From positions 1-64,000 of the forward strand of contig NMRA01000029.1 in assembly GCA_002633005.1 (NCBI GenBank): a stretch of 64,000 nucleotides of DNA, written 5' to 3'. Positions within the stretch are counted from its first letter, which is position 1, and each line of letters starts with the position of its first letter. Origin of the DNA: Phoronis australis. Lineage: Eukaryota; Animalia; Phoronida. A program made the translations under genes and the position numbers. The notes below the pieces were generated by a model that worked only from the letters and a program-made list of their open reading frames with translations, was not told where the DNA came from and did not search any database. This document shows positions 13,009-26,400 of this stretch, in pieces.

Positions 13009-13925
13009 GTATGTTTAGTGAGGCAGCTGTCAGTTATTTATGTAATCGTCTGCTTTTATCACTTCCGGAAATCGTCGATGTCAGTTTGAGAAACATTGTT
13101 TGTACAAACGGCCTTTTAGGACAAAAAGGTCAACAGGAAGGTGAAATACGCTTGGGTATATTTACGTAAACATATGCAAATAGGTGAATGAAAAACAGAA
13201 TAATAAGAGTCAGTAGATATTTAGAAGTATGCACAATCCACGACTGAAGGGGAAAAGAGAGATTAGAGGGAGGCCCATAAAAATCTCTGTATGGCGGGAG
13301 TCATGAATTGTGCTGTAGTCTGACTGACGTGAAACAGCTATTGAATGCTTTCGATTCGAGAATGTGCAGGGACACTTTGATGTGTAAACAGCTGGCGACT
13401 TTTGTCATTACAAATGATACGTGCATTGTCAAAATCAATCGGATGTTGAGTAGCCACTGCGTGACGATAGAGGGCAATGTTGTGTGTTTCATATCCGTCT
13501 GTATACTGACTGATACTCCATGTAGTCAAGCCAACAAAAGTTCCAGACAACACCGGTAATCAATAAGGTATACAACATCGATTGAGACAGTGTTGTAGGC
13601 AATTTAGTAGTTTTAAAGACGCAGATTATTCTGTTGATTGGGGAAACCAGTCGTGAACTATATGGATTTCAAATATCTAGTGTTTGATAATGTCTGCCAA
13701 CACAGGTGATAGTTTAAGCTCTGAACTGAAACACCCATTTTTAATTATTTATGTAAATAAGTTTATTAAAGCGTTCATCGTCACCTTCCATGTTAAACAA
13801 TACATGCAGTCAATTTATCAGGGATTATGCTTCCCAAAATTCTGTTTGGAAGAAGCACTTTACAGTTGTATAGTTCGACCCCTGAAATCAACCGATCACG
13901 TAAAAATTCTATACATCAATTTCAG

Positions 13926-14451
13926 ATGCTTTTCAACATATTTTGGAGTACATTTATACTGCAAATATGCGCCTGACTTATGATAACGTGGGGGATATAT
14001 ATTCTGCATCTTCCAAGCTCAACATACGGTCTGTGCGTAAGATGTGCCTAGACCTTCTCAACAATGTCATACCAAGTCAAGCACTTCGCATCAGAGACGT
14101 GGCGCTACAGAATGAACTCGCCAGTCTTTGGCAAAGAGCCGTCGTGTGTTCGCAAAAATATCCCAAAGACGTCACCAGTGGCGATTATTTCTTGAGCCTT
14201 CCGACAGAAACCATACGGGAATATTTAGAAGACGATAATATCAACGTTAAATCTGAGGTGGAGATTTTCCACGCGGTTTTACGGTGGATAGACTACAATT
14301 CTGCCGAAAGGGTACAATTTGCTCCAAAATTGTTGGAAGCAGTCAGGTTTAAGCTGATGACGGAGCACGAATTACATACCTGTGCACAAGAAGCCTTTCT
14401 ATCCATAGGAAACTGTCCCGAAGTCGAAAGGTCACTTCTTAATGCTTTGTG
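13926..14451 (+). CDS. Exon encoding the BTB C-terminus and BACK domain
   Basis: Acceptor tttcAG 13924-13925; the join reads GVSS-DAFQHILEYIYTA (canonical BTB). BACK motifs FLSLP..TIREYLEDDNINVKSEVEIFHAVLRWIDYNSAERVQFAPKLLEAVRFKLM. Donor TG|GTACGT at 14452, phase 2. Confidence 0.93.
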
Positions 14452-17400
14452 GTACGTGATCTTTTTTTATAGATTTTGCGTTATTAGACATATCGTTGCC
14501 TTAAGCTGGGGTTTTTCCGGCCAACCTACATGCATTTATGCTATACAGAGTGTATGGAACAAAGTTTTGATTTTACCTTGCAGTAAAAGACAATGTTTTG
14601 ATTCATATGTACCACTATCAATGCTTAAAATGATAACAGTTTCAGCATATACACGTTGATGTGGCAATTGTTGGACGTAAAGTTTTCACTTGCCTAAGGT
14701 AATGATTTACTGAAGCTGACTTGAATAACATTTCACCTCCTAGCGAATATTGGCCTCCGCATATACCTCGTGCTACAGCCTCGCGCTATTTTGAAAGCAC
14801 GCGGCATGCCTTTGATTAGTCTCTGGTGAAGGTATGAAGTACTAAAAACTAGACCATTGTTGTGTCAATTCTTAAATTATTTGGTCTATTTACACTGAAA
14901 TCTAACCTATTTGCATTGGCACGACATTTCGGTCAGTCACGATCACATCAACCCACGATCCCCTGAACCCACGAGCCCTTCGACCCACGACCCCCACGTC
15001 TAGAACTCCCTCGACCCAATCTACACAATCTCGACTCGACATGAACATAAAACAAGCGCTGATTTGCATGACACACGAGTCGCGCCGTGAGCTCGGCTGA
15101 CTTTTCCCTGTTTTGCAATTCCGCAAGTTTGAAAGCCAAAAACAGAAAAGACAACACGACCAAATCAAATCAAAGACCAACCAACGTCACAAATGTCGTT
15201 CCTGGCAGAGTGTAGCGTGATCATCTCGACTGCTCTTTAGTGAATGGCAGGATTCAACCTTTTTGCGGATAGTGTGAGTAACCGACAAAACTGTAATTTC
15301 ATCAGTAAATACAGTTTGAAAAATGTTAACTTTTAACTAAAATGTATCTCTACGTTATGTGGAGTGCACAGTATACAGCTCAGTCTTGTCATAGAACGTA
15401 TTTATTGCTCTGGAACGTTTCCAATGGATTTTCGCCATACTGGCTTTACGCTTGTGAGACGGTCGAACCAGTAACTATGGTGGGTGTGGCCTGCATCATC
15501 CGTTTGTCCAAGCAATAGGGATGCAAAGTGATGACTTCTCACCCGTAACAACAGCTGAATCGGAGACAAACAATGTGGCGGTGAGCTATTCCCTTGCGCA
15601 AGCATATTTGTGTAAACTGGCAAAATCCAATAAAACTTGATTTTTTTAAATCTGTATCTCATGCCACAGCACCTTTGAACCATGCAGGTGAGCATATTAA
15701 CCACGTGTGTTCTTCCTATCCATTGCTGAACAAGAGCACTTGGAAACATAAAAAGCAAGTTTGAGAGAAGTGTAGCCAAAATCGGTAACCAAATTGGTGA
15801 TAAATACTAAGAATACAGGATGTCAACTACAGCATAATGCTGGGAAACTTGTCAAGATCAAAAGCATGAACAAAGGAAAGTTCCGGTGAGAGAAATGTAC
15901 ATTTTGGAACAGTCCAAACAGTTGTGAAATATTCCACCAAAATAGTGCAAAGCAATAACAATAAGTTATGTTTTCTGCTATAGACAGCCTCTATTAAAGT
16001 TTTAATGAAAATCGAAACGTATGAATATTAATAGTTTACTTCCTCATATATTTAAAAATAAGCCTTAATTTCTATTTAACTAGTTATGCCTGTGCCGCTT
16101 ACATGTATATTAGAGGCCATTTCAGTGAATGGCCACTGTGTTCAGATCGCATTGATCAAGTGTAATTATGTTCAATGTTTTTGTCCTCAAATTATGATTT
16201 TGGCTCTATTAGTGCAAAATAGCTAAGCCAACCATACAGAAATACCCGTGATGCATAGAGTTTATCTGGGCGTTTAGTGACCAGGCATCACCCACTATTG
16301 TGACGCAATTTGGAACCGCAAATAAGAATAGACATAAAGTTACGTTACTTTTTCAAAACTTTTACAGACCGTGGATTTTTTCCGTTTCAGGTGCCCTCGG
16401 GGGCAATTTTGCACTTGAAATTTTACAAAATGGGTGTACTCCAACAACGGTTGTACTCATTGCATGCTCCTGGCGAGTTGACACAGTGTAATAATTATAA
16501 TTGACTGGGTTCAAGGGGAGGCAATAATTTCCGGAGTACTTTCGTAATTTATAACGCTACGTATGTAAATGGAGCCTAATTATATGAGCATTTTACTTTT
16601 ACCATTCTAATATCATTTGAGTGGGTTTAAAACGTCAAATTGACGTCATACTAAACAGTCTGATATGTTCTATATATCAATTATAATGTAAACCGCTATT
16701 TAGTCACGATGTCATCTCCTTAGATAAGCAGCCAGCTAGCTGTAGGAATAGACAGGATGCTTATAACGCTATGCAGCAATTAAGTTTATCTAGGGAATAC
16801 CACTGTTACGTTTCATTCAACTCATCCCATACATGTTATAATAGAAGGATGCACAATAAGAAAAAATAAAGAAATATGTTATCGTAATATCACGGAAAAA
16901 GGAAGCGAAGTTCTATTAAATGTGCTTAGAAACGCAAAATGGACATTTTTCAACCCAACACCACCATTTTCTTATGATTGCTAGAAATACACCAAATCTA
17001 AATTCTGTGGTCTGAAGGTGCTGCATCAAATTAACTGCTCTTGTAACGGCTACCTGAAATCGCATTAGATTTTTCTGTCACTGCTAAAAATGTAGCATTG
17101 TTATAGGGAGCCACCATTTTGAAGAAACGTATATCTAAACCCGAATTGGTGGACATTCCCAACATACCCCTAAAAACGCAAACCAGACTTACCAACCCTA
17201 CCAGCAATGCCTATGTAAAGAATTTTCAAAACCTGGCCTATCCCAGATATTTAGTTTCTAGGTGCGAATTATAATTGTCTGTGGCTACAGTCTCCTTCAT
17301 GGTACACTGCCACCTTAAAGCAGAGTCCAAGTTTGGGTACCCTGTTGCAAGTGTAAAATCGTTTTCACAATCCAAAGTGTGGTTTATCGACAGTTGGCCT

Positions 17401-18009
17401 ACTACAAACTGTAAACAATAGATTCCTACATTTGAATACAGGCCCGTAGCCTGGGAGGTTCGAGCCCCCCGAGCCCCCCCCCCTTCCCACCCTCGCGGAA
17501 AATGTCCACCCAATGCCTATCTGTTAAAGGTATTATATAGATGGACAACAACAACAACAAACAACAACAAAATTGTTGCAGCTATTGGTAATACTAACTA
17601 CGCTGATAATTTTGTTAGTAGTAATTTTGAAATTGCTTCTGGTTCAAAGCACTTCAGGTAATCATCGCGGCGTACCGGCCCAAATTATGTCAGAGTGGTG
17701 TTTACGCCGATGACAGGATCATGCAGACAATTAGAGGAGGCTTTACGTCATTCATTGACATTGAACGTGCGTGCTTGCTACAACATTATGGTCTTTATTT
17801 CGTTGCCCAAATGGGTGATCATTACGCCGGTAATTGACCTATCGCCAAGATTTTGAGTGACGGCTCAACTGACCATTTAGAACGTAGCATTGGTGACACA
17901 CCTTCGTTTCCAGGCCGCCATTTTACCCGACATACAACACGTTGTCGGGTAGAACTTATTGTTTGTTAGTCGACATTAAGAAAGGGAGCGAAGCTTGCGA
18001 TAGGTCAAT

Positions 18010-18256
18010 TCTTGTTAGAGGCGTAAAATAGTTATTTGAGGCGTAAAGTGATTATTTGAGGCGTAAAGTAATTATTTACGACGTACGGTAATTATCACCT
18101 CATGGCGTAAAGTAATTATTTGCGGCTCTGAAAGTTACTTTACGCCGCAGTTAATCACTTTGCGCCGAAACTGAATACTGAGCGCCGCAACTAATTACTT
18201 TACGCCATAGATAATTATTTTACGCCGCAAATAATTACTTTAGGCCTCTAACAAGA
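18010..18256. mobile_element. Foldback MITE built from ~20 bp subrepeats
   Basis: Termini tcttgttagaggc / gcctctaacaaga. The left half has tandem ggcgtaaagtaattattt units; the right half has their reverse complement (aattactttacgcc). Confidence 0.75.
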
Positions 18257-21155
18257 CTTATCTTACGTAAGTAATTGAACAGCTTAACATTTAGCCATTT
18301 GGCCAACGATACACCACACGGTAACAAGGGAGTATAGTCTAGAAGTAAATGTCTATACCTAGCTAAGCTGCAAAGCAGCGGAAAAGCTCCCAAAAATTAG
18401 TGTGTTGTGAATGCCTTAAAATCGACCAAGAAACAAAACAGCAGAAAATATGTTTGTAATCTGTTGTGGTAAACTTGCTAGCATAATATGGTAAGGTGCA
18501 GGTATTTTCAAGTTTCGAATTGAAGGTGGTCGTTAAATGATTGTTGTTCCTTCAGTGTCCAGTTTGATTGTGGATTGGTCGATTGGCATGCATGTGCGTG
18601 AACACGTGTGTGCGTATCCGTTCTTAAATTCAGTACACGCCGACGCTAAGGTTACTATGGGCAGTCCTCCGTAGTTGCTAAAAAATAGACATTTAAATAT
18701 CATGCATTCTTGCACTGAGAAAGCCCCGACAAGCACGTTCACAGTATTAGGGAAAAAGAGGTCTAGACCTTATAAAAACTTTCGCCAATGAAACAAGAGC
18801 AACGCAGAGCGTTGAAATGCGCCCACGAATGCATTGCAAATGGTGTGCTTTTAGGGTTGTTTATTTGTATCATAAAAATGGAATCTAGATGGCGCAAAAA
18901 CATACAATCCATCCAAAAACAGGAACATGCCATGTTTCATAAAAATCTGTCAAGGAACTTCAGAGAAAAGGAAAACAGAATAAAATAAACTTGCCACTAG
19001 TGGGCACAGTGTCGGTTGGATCCGCCTGAAAGTCGTCGTCTGTTGTTATCTTCATATAAATACACTTACTAAATTTAGTAAAGATCCTGCAGTGCGTTTA
19101 AGAGATACAACTATGGGCGCAAAACAAAACTACCACTAGGAGGCACCACGGTAATCAGTCACCATCATCAAAGTGAAACTTCCTGTATTCAGTTTGCTTA
19201 TAGGTTTGGTCGACTACTTGTGTTCTTTTGGTGCAAATGCCTGGTGATTTTGTAACAGGAATTCCCTTTCCGATAAGACGCTCAACCAGCGGCACTTGAC
19301 GATTGTCGGACGTCTGCCATAGATCGCCTGCTAGGCCTATAGCTGCTTTTCACATTTCATACGCATACGATCATGCGCATTTCAATTTACTTTTAGTTTA
19401 AAAAGTACTCTCAGTTAATCTGGAGAATTTTTTAATGTGTACTGAAAGATTTATGCGGTTAAAAAGATATTGCAAGCTCACGATTTAGAGTTATCTCATT
19501 CTTTTCGCCTTCAAAGCGAATCAATAAGGAAATTGCTGCACGATCCCTTGCAGCTGGCTCTGTCCTATGTACCTTCAGTGCGTGATGTAATATTTATTTC
19601 CGTTACATTACGTGCACAAATTGCTTCTTGATATTGGGAAGCTGTATCCTCCCGGATACCGCGCACTCATGTTGTTGCGTTAAAAAATCAAAACGTGCAT
19701 CGCGTAATGATTGACTCAATGCCAGGATGTAATGTTCAATAGTGAGCGAGCGAGAGCCAGCCTGAACGCTCTTGCCCTCTCTTCCTCTTCATTTGTTACG
19801 TAATGGGGATAGTGGCGGTGTGCTGCTGAGACTGTGCGTTTTTCAATTTTCTGGGATAAATTTGGACTGTTTTCTCACCATTATGATATAAAGTTGGAGC
19901 CTTGGTGGAATATCACTATTTTTATACAAGTTTTAATATGGTGATAGGCTATTACACGGTATGAATCATACTGACGTGATTTTAAAAGAGTTTCTTGACA
20001 GGAGGATGGGGTATAATAAGAGTTGTATTTCTCTATATGAGGTATAAATATTGGTCATCTTTTAGGCCCTCTTTTAGTGGGTAAGAGAGACATGGGGGGA
20101 CAATTATATCTCTTTGTATTAACATGGGTCGCATGATTTCGGCTTGCAAGGTACCCCAGATTGGGCAACCGAGTTACACTCCTACCCTAAAACGATGACT
20201 GCCAAATCTAGGGGTTAACTCATTGTGTTGCAAAGTTGGTTTTTCACATGTTTCAGACTTGAACTTGAACGTTTTTCCGTATAATTCATGACAGTCATCA
20301 ATACAAAGACCCTGAGTGCTGCCCTAACATTTGTAGCTTTGAATTTAAATCGGGCAAAATCATTTTTTCTTTGTAATCTACAAAAAGTATCACAATTGTC
20401 AAACATTAAAACTTCCACCCATCGGGACCAGTCACCATATTTATAAGTGAACCCGTCATGAAATTTAATCATACTTTTATTTAGATAAGTAGACCCACAC
20501 TGGCACGTTCGCCTCTGTTGTCTTTGGTGTGCCCAGTTTCAAACGAAGTCCAAGTCGATCACCCTTTCCTGACACAAGTGTTCCCACTTATATTTACATA
20601 GAAATTCATATATTTATTTAGGTGTCCACATTTTTGTGCATAAAAGGCAACATTTTACTAGATAAGAAAAGTGAAAATTAAATAAAAAGCTGTTGATATC
20701 GCACAATGATAAACGTTTTACGCACGTGACATATGATACTGAACAGACTCGCTTACAAAGTCTAAATGCTACAAATAGGAAGTCAAAACGTTACAGGTAC
20801 AAAATCTAATAAATACTCACGTCAAAAGTTTTCCTCTCTAGCCAAACACATCCGAACGGTAACTCGGTAGGGGAACGTATGAGCTACAACACTACAAAGC
20901 GCACAACGTGCGTGACGTAGACTATTTGCATAATCATGGATAACACGAACCACATGCTGAACGATTTTTTCTTGGAGGGCCACTCACCACGCAGTCATTA
21001 CTCTCTTGCTTAAAGAGGTCGCCACTTCAACAAGTCGTGGGACTGGTTATTCCACTTTCGGATTCTTGAAAGTTCAGTAACAAAGTGAGTTTTCCTGATA
21101 AAATATGTTTATTCACTTCTATCAACAATATTTTAAATGTATTATTTTTGGTTAA

Positions 21156-21392
21156 AGACACTCTTTCTTTCATCAGTTTAAAACACAAGGTGAGTTTCGT
21201 TAGTCTAAAGATATCACTAAAATAATTATAAACATTTCGTTAGGTTTTGCCCTTTTTATTATTATTTGTGAATTCGATGGGGTTTCTGCGGAAACCTCGT
21301 AACATATATATAGTGGCATTTGCGCGAGTTCCCGTAGTGCATGAGTCATGTGTCACTCACTACGGCGGCCATTTTAGGTTGTGGTAGCCTAC
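21156..21392. mobile_element. Partial copy of a Kolobok-like TTAA MITE (family shared with 28513-28887, opposite orientation)
   Basis: TTAA|agacactc start. The segments cacaaggtgagtttcgttagt and gtcactcactacggcggccattttagg match the reverse complement of 28660-28887. Confidence 0.6.
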
Positions 21393-21777
21393 GTCATCAA
21401 AAACGTGAACACTCCACTTCAAAAGAATGAGCCACTCGATATCCACGAGGTGGTGGTCAGGAATAAAAGCCCATCTTTTTAACTTTTGAATAGATTGAGA
21501 GCAGAAGGTAAGTCATCAGCGTGAGAGAGTTTGTGTAAGGAACCCACGTGATTGGCCTATATGCGGACATTTCTTTGGTAAGATCTCTTGCTTCACTTGC
21601 GACATCTAGTGGAATTCGAGTTTCTCATTCTATTATTGACATCGGCTTGGTTGTCATTCACTGATCCAACTTCCTACCTAACTGTGGTTCGTCCATAGTA
21701 GTTAAACCAGCTTATTACAAAAATTTGCTGAAAATGTGCGTCATTGTAAAACGAAGGTCGCCTATTCAAAATAACAC

Positions 21778-21932
21778 CAGGGCTGCGTCCGGTAACCCGA
21801 GGACCTACACTAGAACCTAGATAAAACCTAGCCAAAGTCACGTGTTTTCAATTGAAATACACGGCAATATCTCACGTAATCTCGCAAAGTCTGACTTTTA
21901 GCGAGGTCCTAGCGTTACTGAACGGGAGGCAG
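21778..21932. repeat. Dispersed ~150 bp MITE-like repeat, copy 1
   Basis: aaaacctagccaaagtcacgtg...ctcacgtaatctcgc...tagcgaggtcctagcgttactgaacgg recurs at 47418-47563; the ends are imperfectly inverted. Confidence 0.75.
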
Positions 21933-23279
21933 GATCGTCCCACACATGAACAAACAATTCATTACAAATCTGTCAGTCGGACAAGTCACACGCACTTTAA
22001 AAATGATACAAAATTGCCACTGTGTTTGAGAAAACACTTTTTATACGGAGAGTTGGGCACTTTTAAGACATTTTGATCGAAGCAACTATAAAAGCGAAAA
22101 TGACGTCACAAGTTGCTTCAGCGTTACGATACGTCTGTGTGGTACCTCGCCACTGCAAACCGGCCCTGATCCTGTAAGTTTTGTGTAGGAGTGCCCCTAA
22201 ATATGGCTTACGGATTGCTCAGTGGTAATTCCGACACTGAGCATCCACGTCTATATCATTAGACTTTTACTATGACTGCAAGTCACATCAAACATGGATG
22301 GGTTTAGTGATCCCGTGAAATTGGTGCCCCCGCGTAAGAGCCTAGAGGACACTGGGGTTCTGACATCCCTGCTCCTCGCCCCAATAAAGCAAACTTTCCT
22401 CGTCTACCGTGTGATTAGCTTAGGTTACCATTTTAGTAACAAAAAGCATTTGAATTATAAGTTGTCTTCTACAAATTTACTGATGAGTCCTCCTCGGTGG
22501 GAAGAAGCTCAACTCTATTAGATTAGGGTTGGTCTCACAATAGTCGGTTTTAACAGTTCCTGGTTCCTATAAGCCGGATTTTTAGTGATCGACAATGTTA
22601 AACACTGAAACGGTTTTTGATAATTTCTGAATCATTTCATTCTTAATGATATTTTTCAACGCGGCCATAACGCGGAGATAAAGAATAATAGATAACGTGG
22701 TAAGATGGAAATTGCATAATGTTAGAAGTGCTAACGTTAACCGGTTGTCGAAATGTTGACGGAATGGAATTGCGCATATTTCTGCAAAGCTGTTACTAGG
22801 GTGAACACTGCATGTTAACACCTGCTAACCGCTGCTATGGGAATAAGGAAGAGTCTTTGGAGAGCCTAATTTCAGCAAGTACTTTGGGAATTTGCTACGG
22901 ATATGTTAACAATTTTGGGCAAGTCCGATGACAATAGTTAATTCGACATGGTTTTTATTTGATTATTACCTATTTCGTCAACGCTCAGTGAGTTCTGAAA
23001 TAAACGTTTTGTTGTTGTTGTCAACGTTCACGTTGGCTGATTAAATCTGACCCACAAATACTTTACAGTAGGTATGACAGTGAATAAGTTCGTGCAACGT
23101 ATAAGTTGTTGACATTACGGTTATTATTATTATTATTTTTATTACTCACTTTAGGTTATTTTTGGAATAACTTATGTAATGTTATCCCAATGTGTTTTTA
23201 TGAGCGTAATATTAAGCAGTATGAGTGTCAATTGAAACGTTTCTGTTTTCCTCTAGAAACGTAGTCTACATTATCGATA

Positions 23280-23477
23280 CCATCCTCATCATCATCGCTG
23301 AAATCATTATCCTTGTCATCGTCATCATCGTTATCATCGTTATTATCATCATCCATTCACAACACCACCATCGCCATCATCACCACCATCACCACCATCA
23401 CCATTATCATCATCATCATCATCATCATCACCATCACCACCACCATCACCATCACCGTCATCATCATCATCATCATG
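23280..23477. repeat. Compound (CAT/CAC)n trinucleotide microsatellite
   Basis: Visible run of cat/cac/cgt triplets. It produces spurious poly-His/Ile/Met ORFs in several frames. Confidence 0.95.
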
Positions 23478-26400
23478 TTACAGTTAGTTGCTATTACAGA
23501 AACAGCTCTTTCTGTTGCAGCTGAGCAGATTAGACAAACACAGTTTGAGTGAGGGATTCCAGTAATATAAATGCACAATACAACAAAAAAGTATCCAGAC
23601 AAAATGACCCGAAATTGCCTGTCATGACGGCTGGGCGGAAGCAAGAGTTCTTCGTCAAAATGCTTTCCCTTAGTGGCTATGGCGGCACAATTTACAGTTA
23701 ACCCTCTTTCAAATACGTATAATGTCTTTATTGACTACATGAATACATGTATTTATTTATTAGATACTGAAAAACTACCGTCACGAACAATACATTAGGG
23801 CCGGAGGAAGCGGGGGGCCGGGCTCGTGCCCCCCCCCCCAAAAAAAAACGTTTTTTAAGCGTCAGGGTTAAACCGTGGCAACCGACATAGGCGTGGGGCC
23901 AGGGACAGTCGAGAAAAGAAAAACTGCGAAATACGGATAAGAGAGAAAATTCAAGAGAACATTTAACAACTCAGTATCAGTGCATAGTTTACCTTTTGAG
24001 GACCCTGGCAAGGACATTGTTATTAGGGTCTCCGCTTTTGCAGCACAAGTCGTCTAAAAGCACTTGCAAACGTGTACGTAATCATTCATACATATATTTG
24101 GAAAAATCGAGAAAATTTTGCAGAGTGTACTAATTTACTCAGCGGATTTTCAAATTCAATAAGTCAATTTTGCGAAAGCAAACCCCTCTCTGGCAAGGGA
24201 TACCGGAGACAACTTTCGCATAATGTTTTTCTTGAAATTTTTTGTCATTTGAGAAAAATTGATGACCTGACAGATAACATCAATTGCTGTGCATTTCCTG
24301 ATTTTTGCAAATATAGATATTTTCATATTTAGGGGCCCCGCCCTTGAAGGAGGCCATTGATGACACTCAAGTGGCCACCTTTTTGTGTTTTTATTGACAA
24401 ATTCTTAAGGGGCCGCTCACGGAAAGAGTGCCCAATGTTGGAATCGATTACCTGTATTTTCCTGTATTTATGAAATTGTGCAACCGGCTTTTATGATGAA
24501 GAAGGTCACTTCCTCCACCGTCTTGTGACCACACGACGGTGGAATGAACTGTCACTCTTTTCCAAGCTTAGTGATGTTTAGCCTTTCATCTCAAGGTGTC
24601 CCATTTCAGATGGGACACTCTTTCGGTGGAGCAGTTCGGGGGAAATGTCCCTTTGTCCTTCTATACATGTAAATCCGACACTACCAAAAGTTCACGAGAG
24701 AAATTGAGATTCCAAATTCATCGAAAAACAAAACATTCGTGCACAGCACAGCAGTATCAAGACATTCGATCCAAACAACTAATGTGAAAAATACAATACA
24801 ATTGACCGCCATCAAAAGCGTGGAATTTTGAAGAACGTGAAAGCCCACTATTTGTGAATAACACAAAAGGACTATTTCCGGTGGTTAGTTAAAAAATACT
24901 GTTACTGTTTCCCATAGTATCACAAGAATAGTATCTCTTTTGAAGATGGTTATTATGAATTGTTTGTAGGGAATTCCCACATGTGGAAAACACTGCTGTC
25001 TGAACTACTATTTGTGATGACCGTGTACATGTCGAAAAGGGTACTCAAAAAACTCTCGCAATCATAAAAAAGATTTCAGCGTTTTTTTGTAAGTGGAGTT
25101 AAAGTTTACCTCGTGAACCGTTATGGGTACCTCTGAAATACACCTTAATTCGAATGCCCCATCTTCAATGTTCCCCAGGTTACCCATGTTGAAAATATGC
25201 GAGCATGCCTGCGGAAATTGCTTATAACATTCCGTTTTGAAAACAAATTCGTTGATTTCTAATTTACTTGTTTTTGTGTCTACAAAAATCGATAGATTCA
25301 TAGATGATCTTTGGCAATGAGAAGCTGATCTTGTAAAATTTGATGATGTTACAGTGAACTTAGTTGCAGCCTGAAGTTGAAAAAACTATAATCCGATCCC
25401 CAAATAGTAAAGTATACTCGGGCGATTATTGGCTATCTAAAATAACTCACAAAGATATTGATGAAATTCGGAATCAAAAACCGTAGATCGGAAAAGTTTT
25501 AGAAGTCCTTAAATGAATATAATTAAACTCATTGCCCGCAAAGAATCTCACTGATCCACGGGAACTGAACTACAGGCGTTGAAGTGTGTACATTTTTGAG
25601 ACACTCTGATCATTTTCCCCACAAACCAGAAAACTGGACTGCCGGTCGAGGGATTTTGAAACCAGCCCAATGGCACTATACCAGGGACCTCGGGACCTCA
25701 CCTTTTCAAAAATTTCAAAGACTGACCATAATAAAATATAGTATTCCCGAAACACATCACAATAAAATGAATCTTGACCTTAGAGCCAGCGCAGACGGAT
25801 GGGTACGAGGTACAAGCTAAGCTGCCTGTCTCGAGTGAATCATAGCTGAGCTGACAAGCGACTAGTTTTGGGCATGGGCGGCGCACCGTAGGGGGTTGGG
25901 GGATGGTTAGGTCATCGGGAATTTCCTATTTTGACACTGTTAGATCTCAGCTACAGTTACTTGAGGCAGCTCCTCGCTAACCGTCAGTGTACTGGTCCTA
26001 GGCCCATTCTTACCCTCCGTGTTAGTTCACGGTTACTCAGCTCTTGATGGCTGCATCCCCTGAATTGCCCTCAAGCGAGGGCGGACGTGGGAGATTCGGT
26101 ACAAATATTATGGCATCGGAAGCACGGGGTGCGGGGGTGGGGGTGGAGGTGATGGCGATGAGGGCGGGGTAGTTTGGCGAAGTCTCAATGGTTTGTGCCN
26201 CCCCCCCCCCCCCCCAATGATTTTGGCTTCCTACAGGCCTGTATCATACCTGCTTCACAAGCTCATTACCAGACATGGGAAGGAGACCGATGTAGACGAT
26301 ATATGATCATTTACTATGACGAGTACAAGTAACAGAGAATACGAAATAAGTAAAATAAAATAAAATGACAATCTTTGGTAACTTGGGCAATAAAAGGCGC

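Noticed and set aside
13009-13169. ORF-track extensions past the BTB exon (likewise 14452-14659 past the BACK exon)
   Set aside because: Read-through into introns beyond strong GT donors; domain similarity resumes only in the next exon.
18010-18256. ~20 bp periodic repeats resembling a CRISPR array
   Set aside because: No unique spacers, the units invert mid-element, no cas genes, eukaryotic context; this is a foldback MITE.
23225-23644. His-rich / Ile-rich / Met-rich ORFs that look like a membrane protein with a poly-His tail
   Set aside because: All frames are open only because of the CAT/CAC microsatellite; no splice or domain support.
26110-26240. G/C-run tracts (also ~17440-17500, 23798-23840, 32900-32940) as functional G-quadruplex elements
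   Set aside because: They match the ends of common GC-rich hAT-like MITE fragments, and one contains an ambiguous N; there is no evidence of function.
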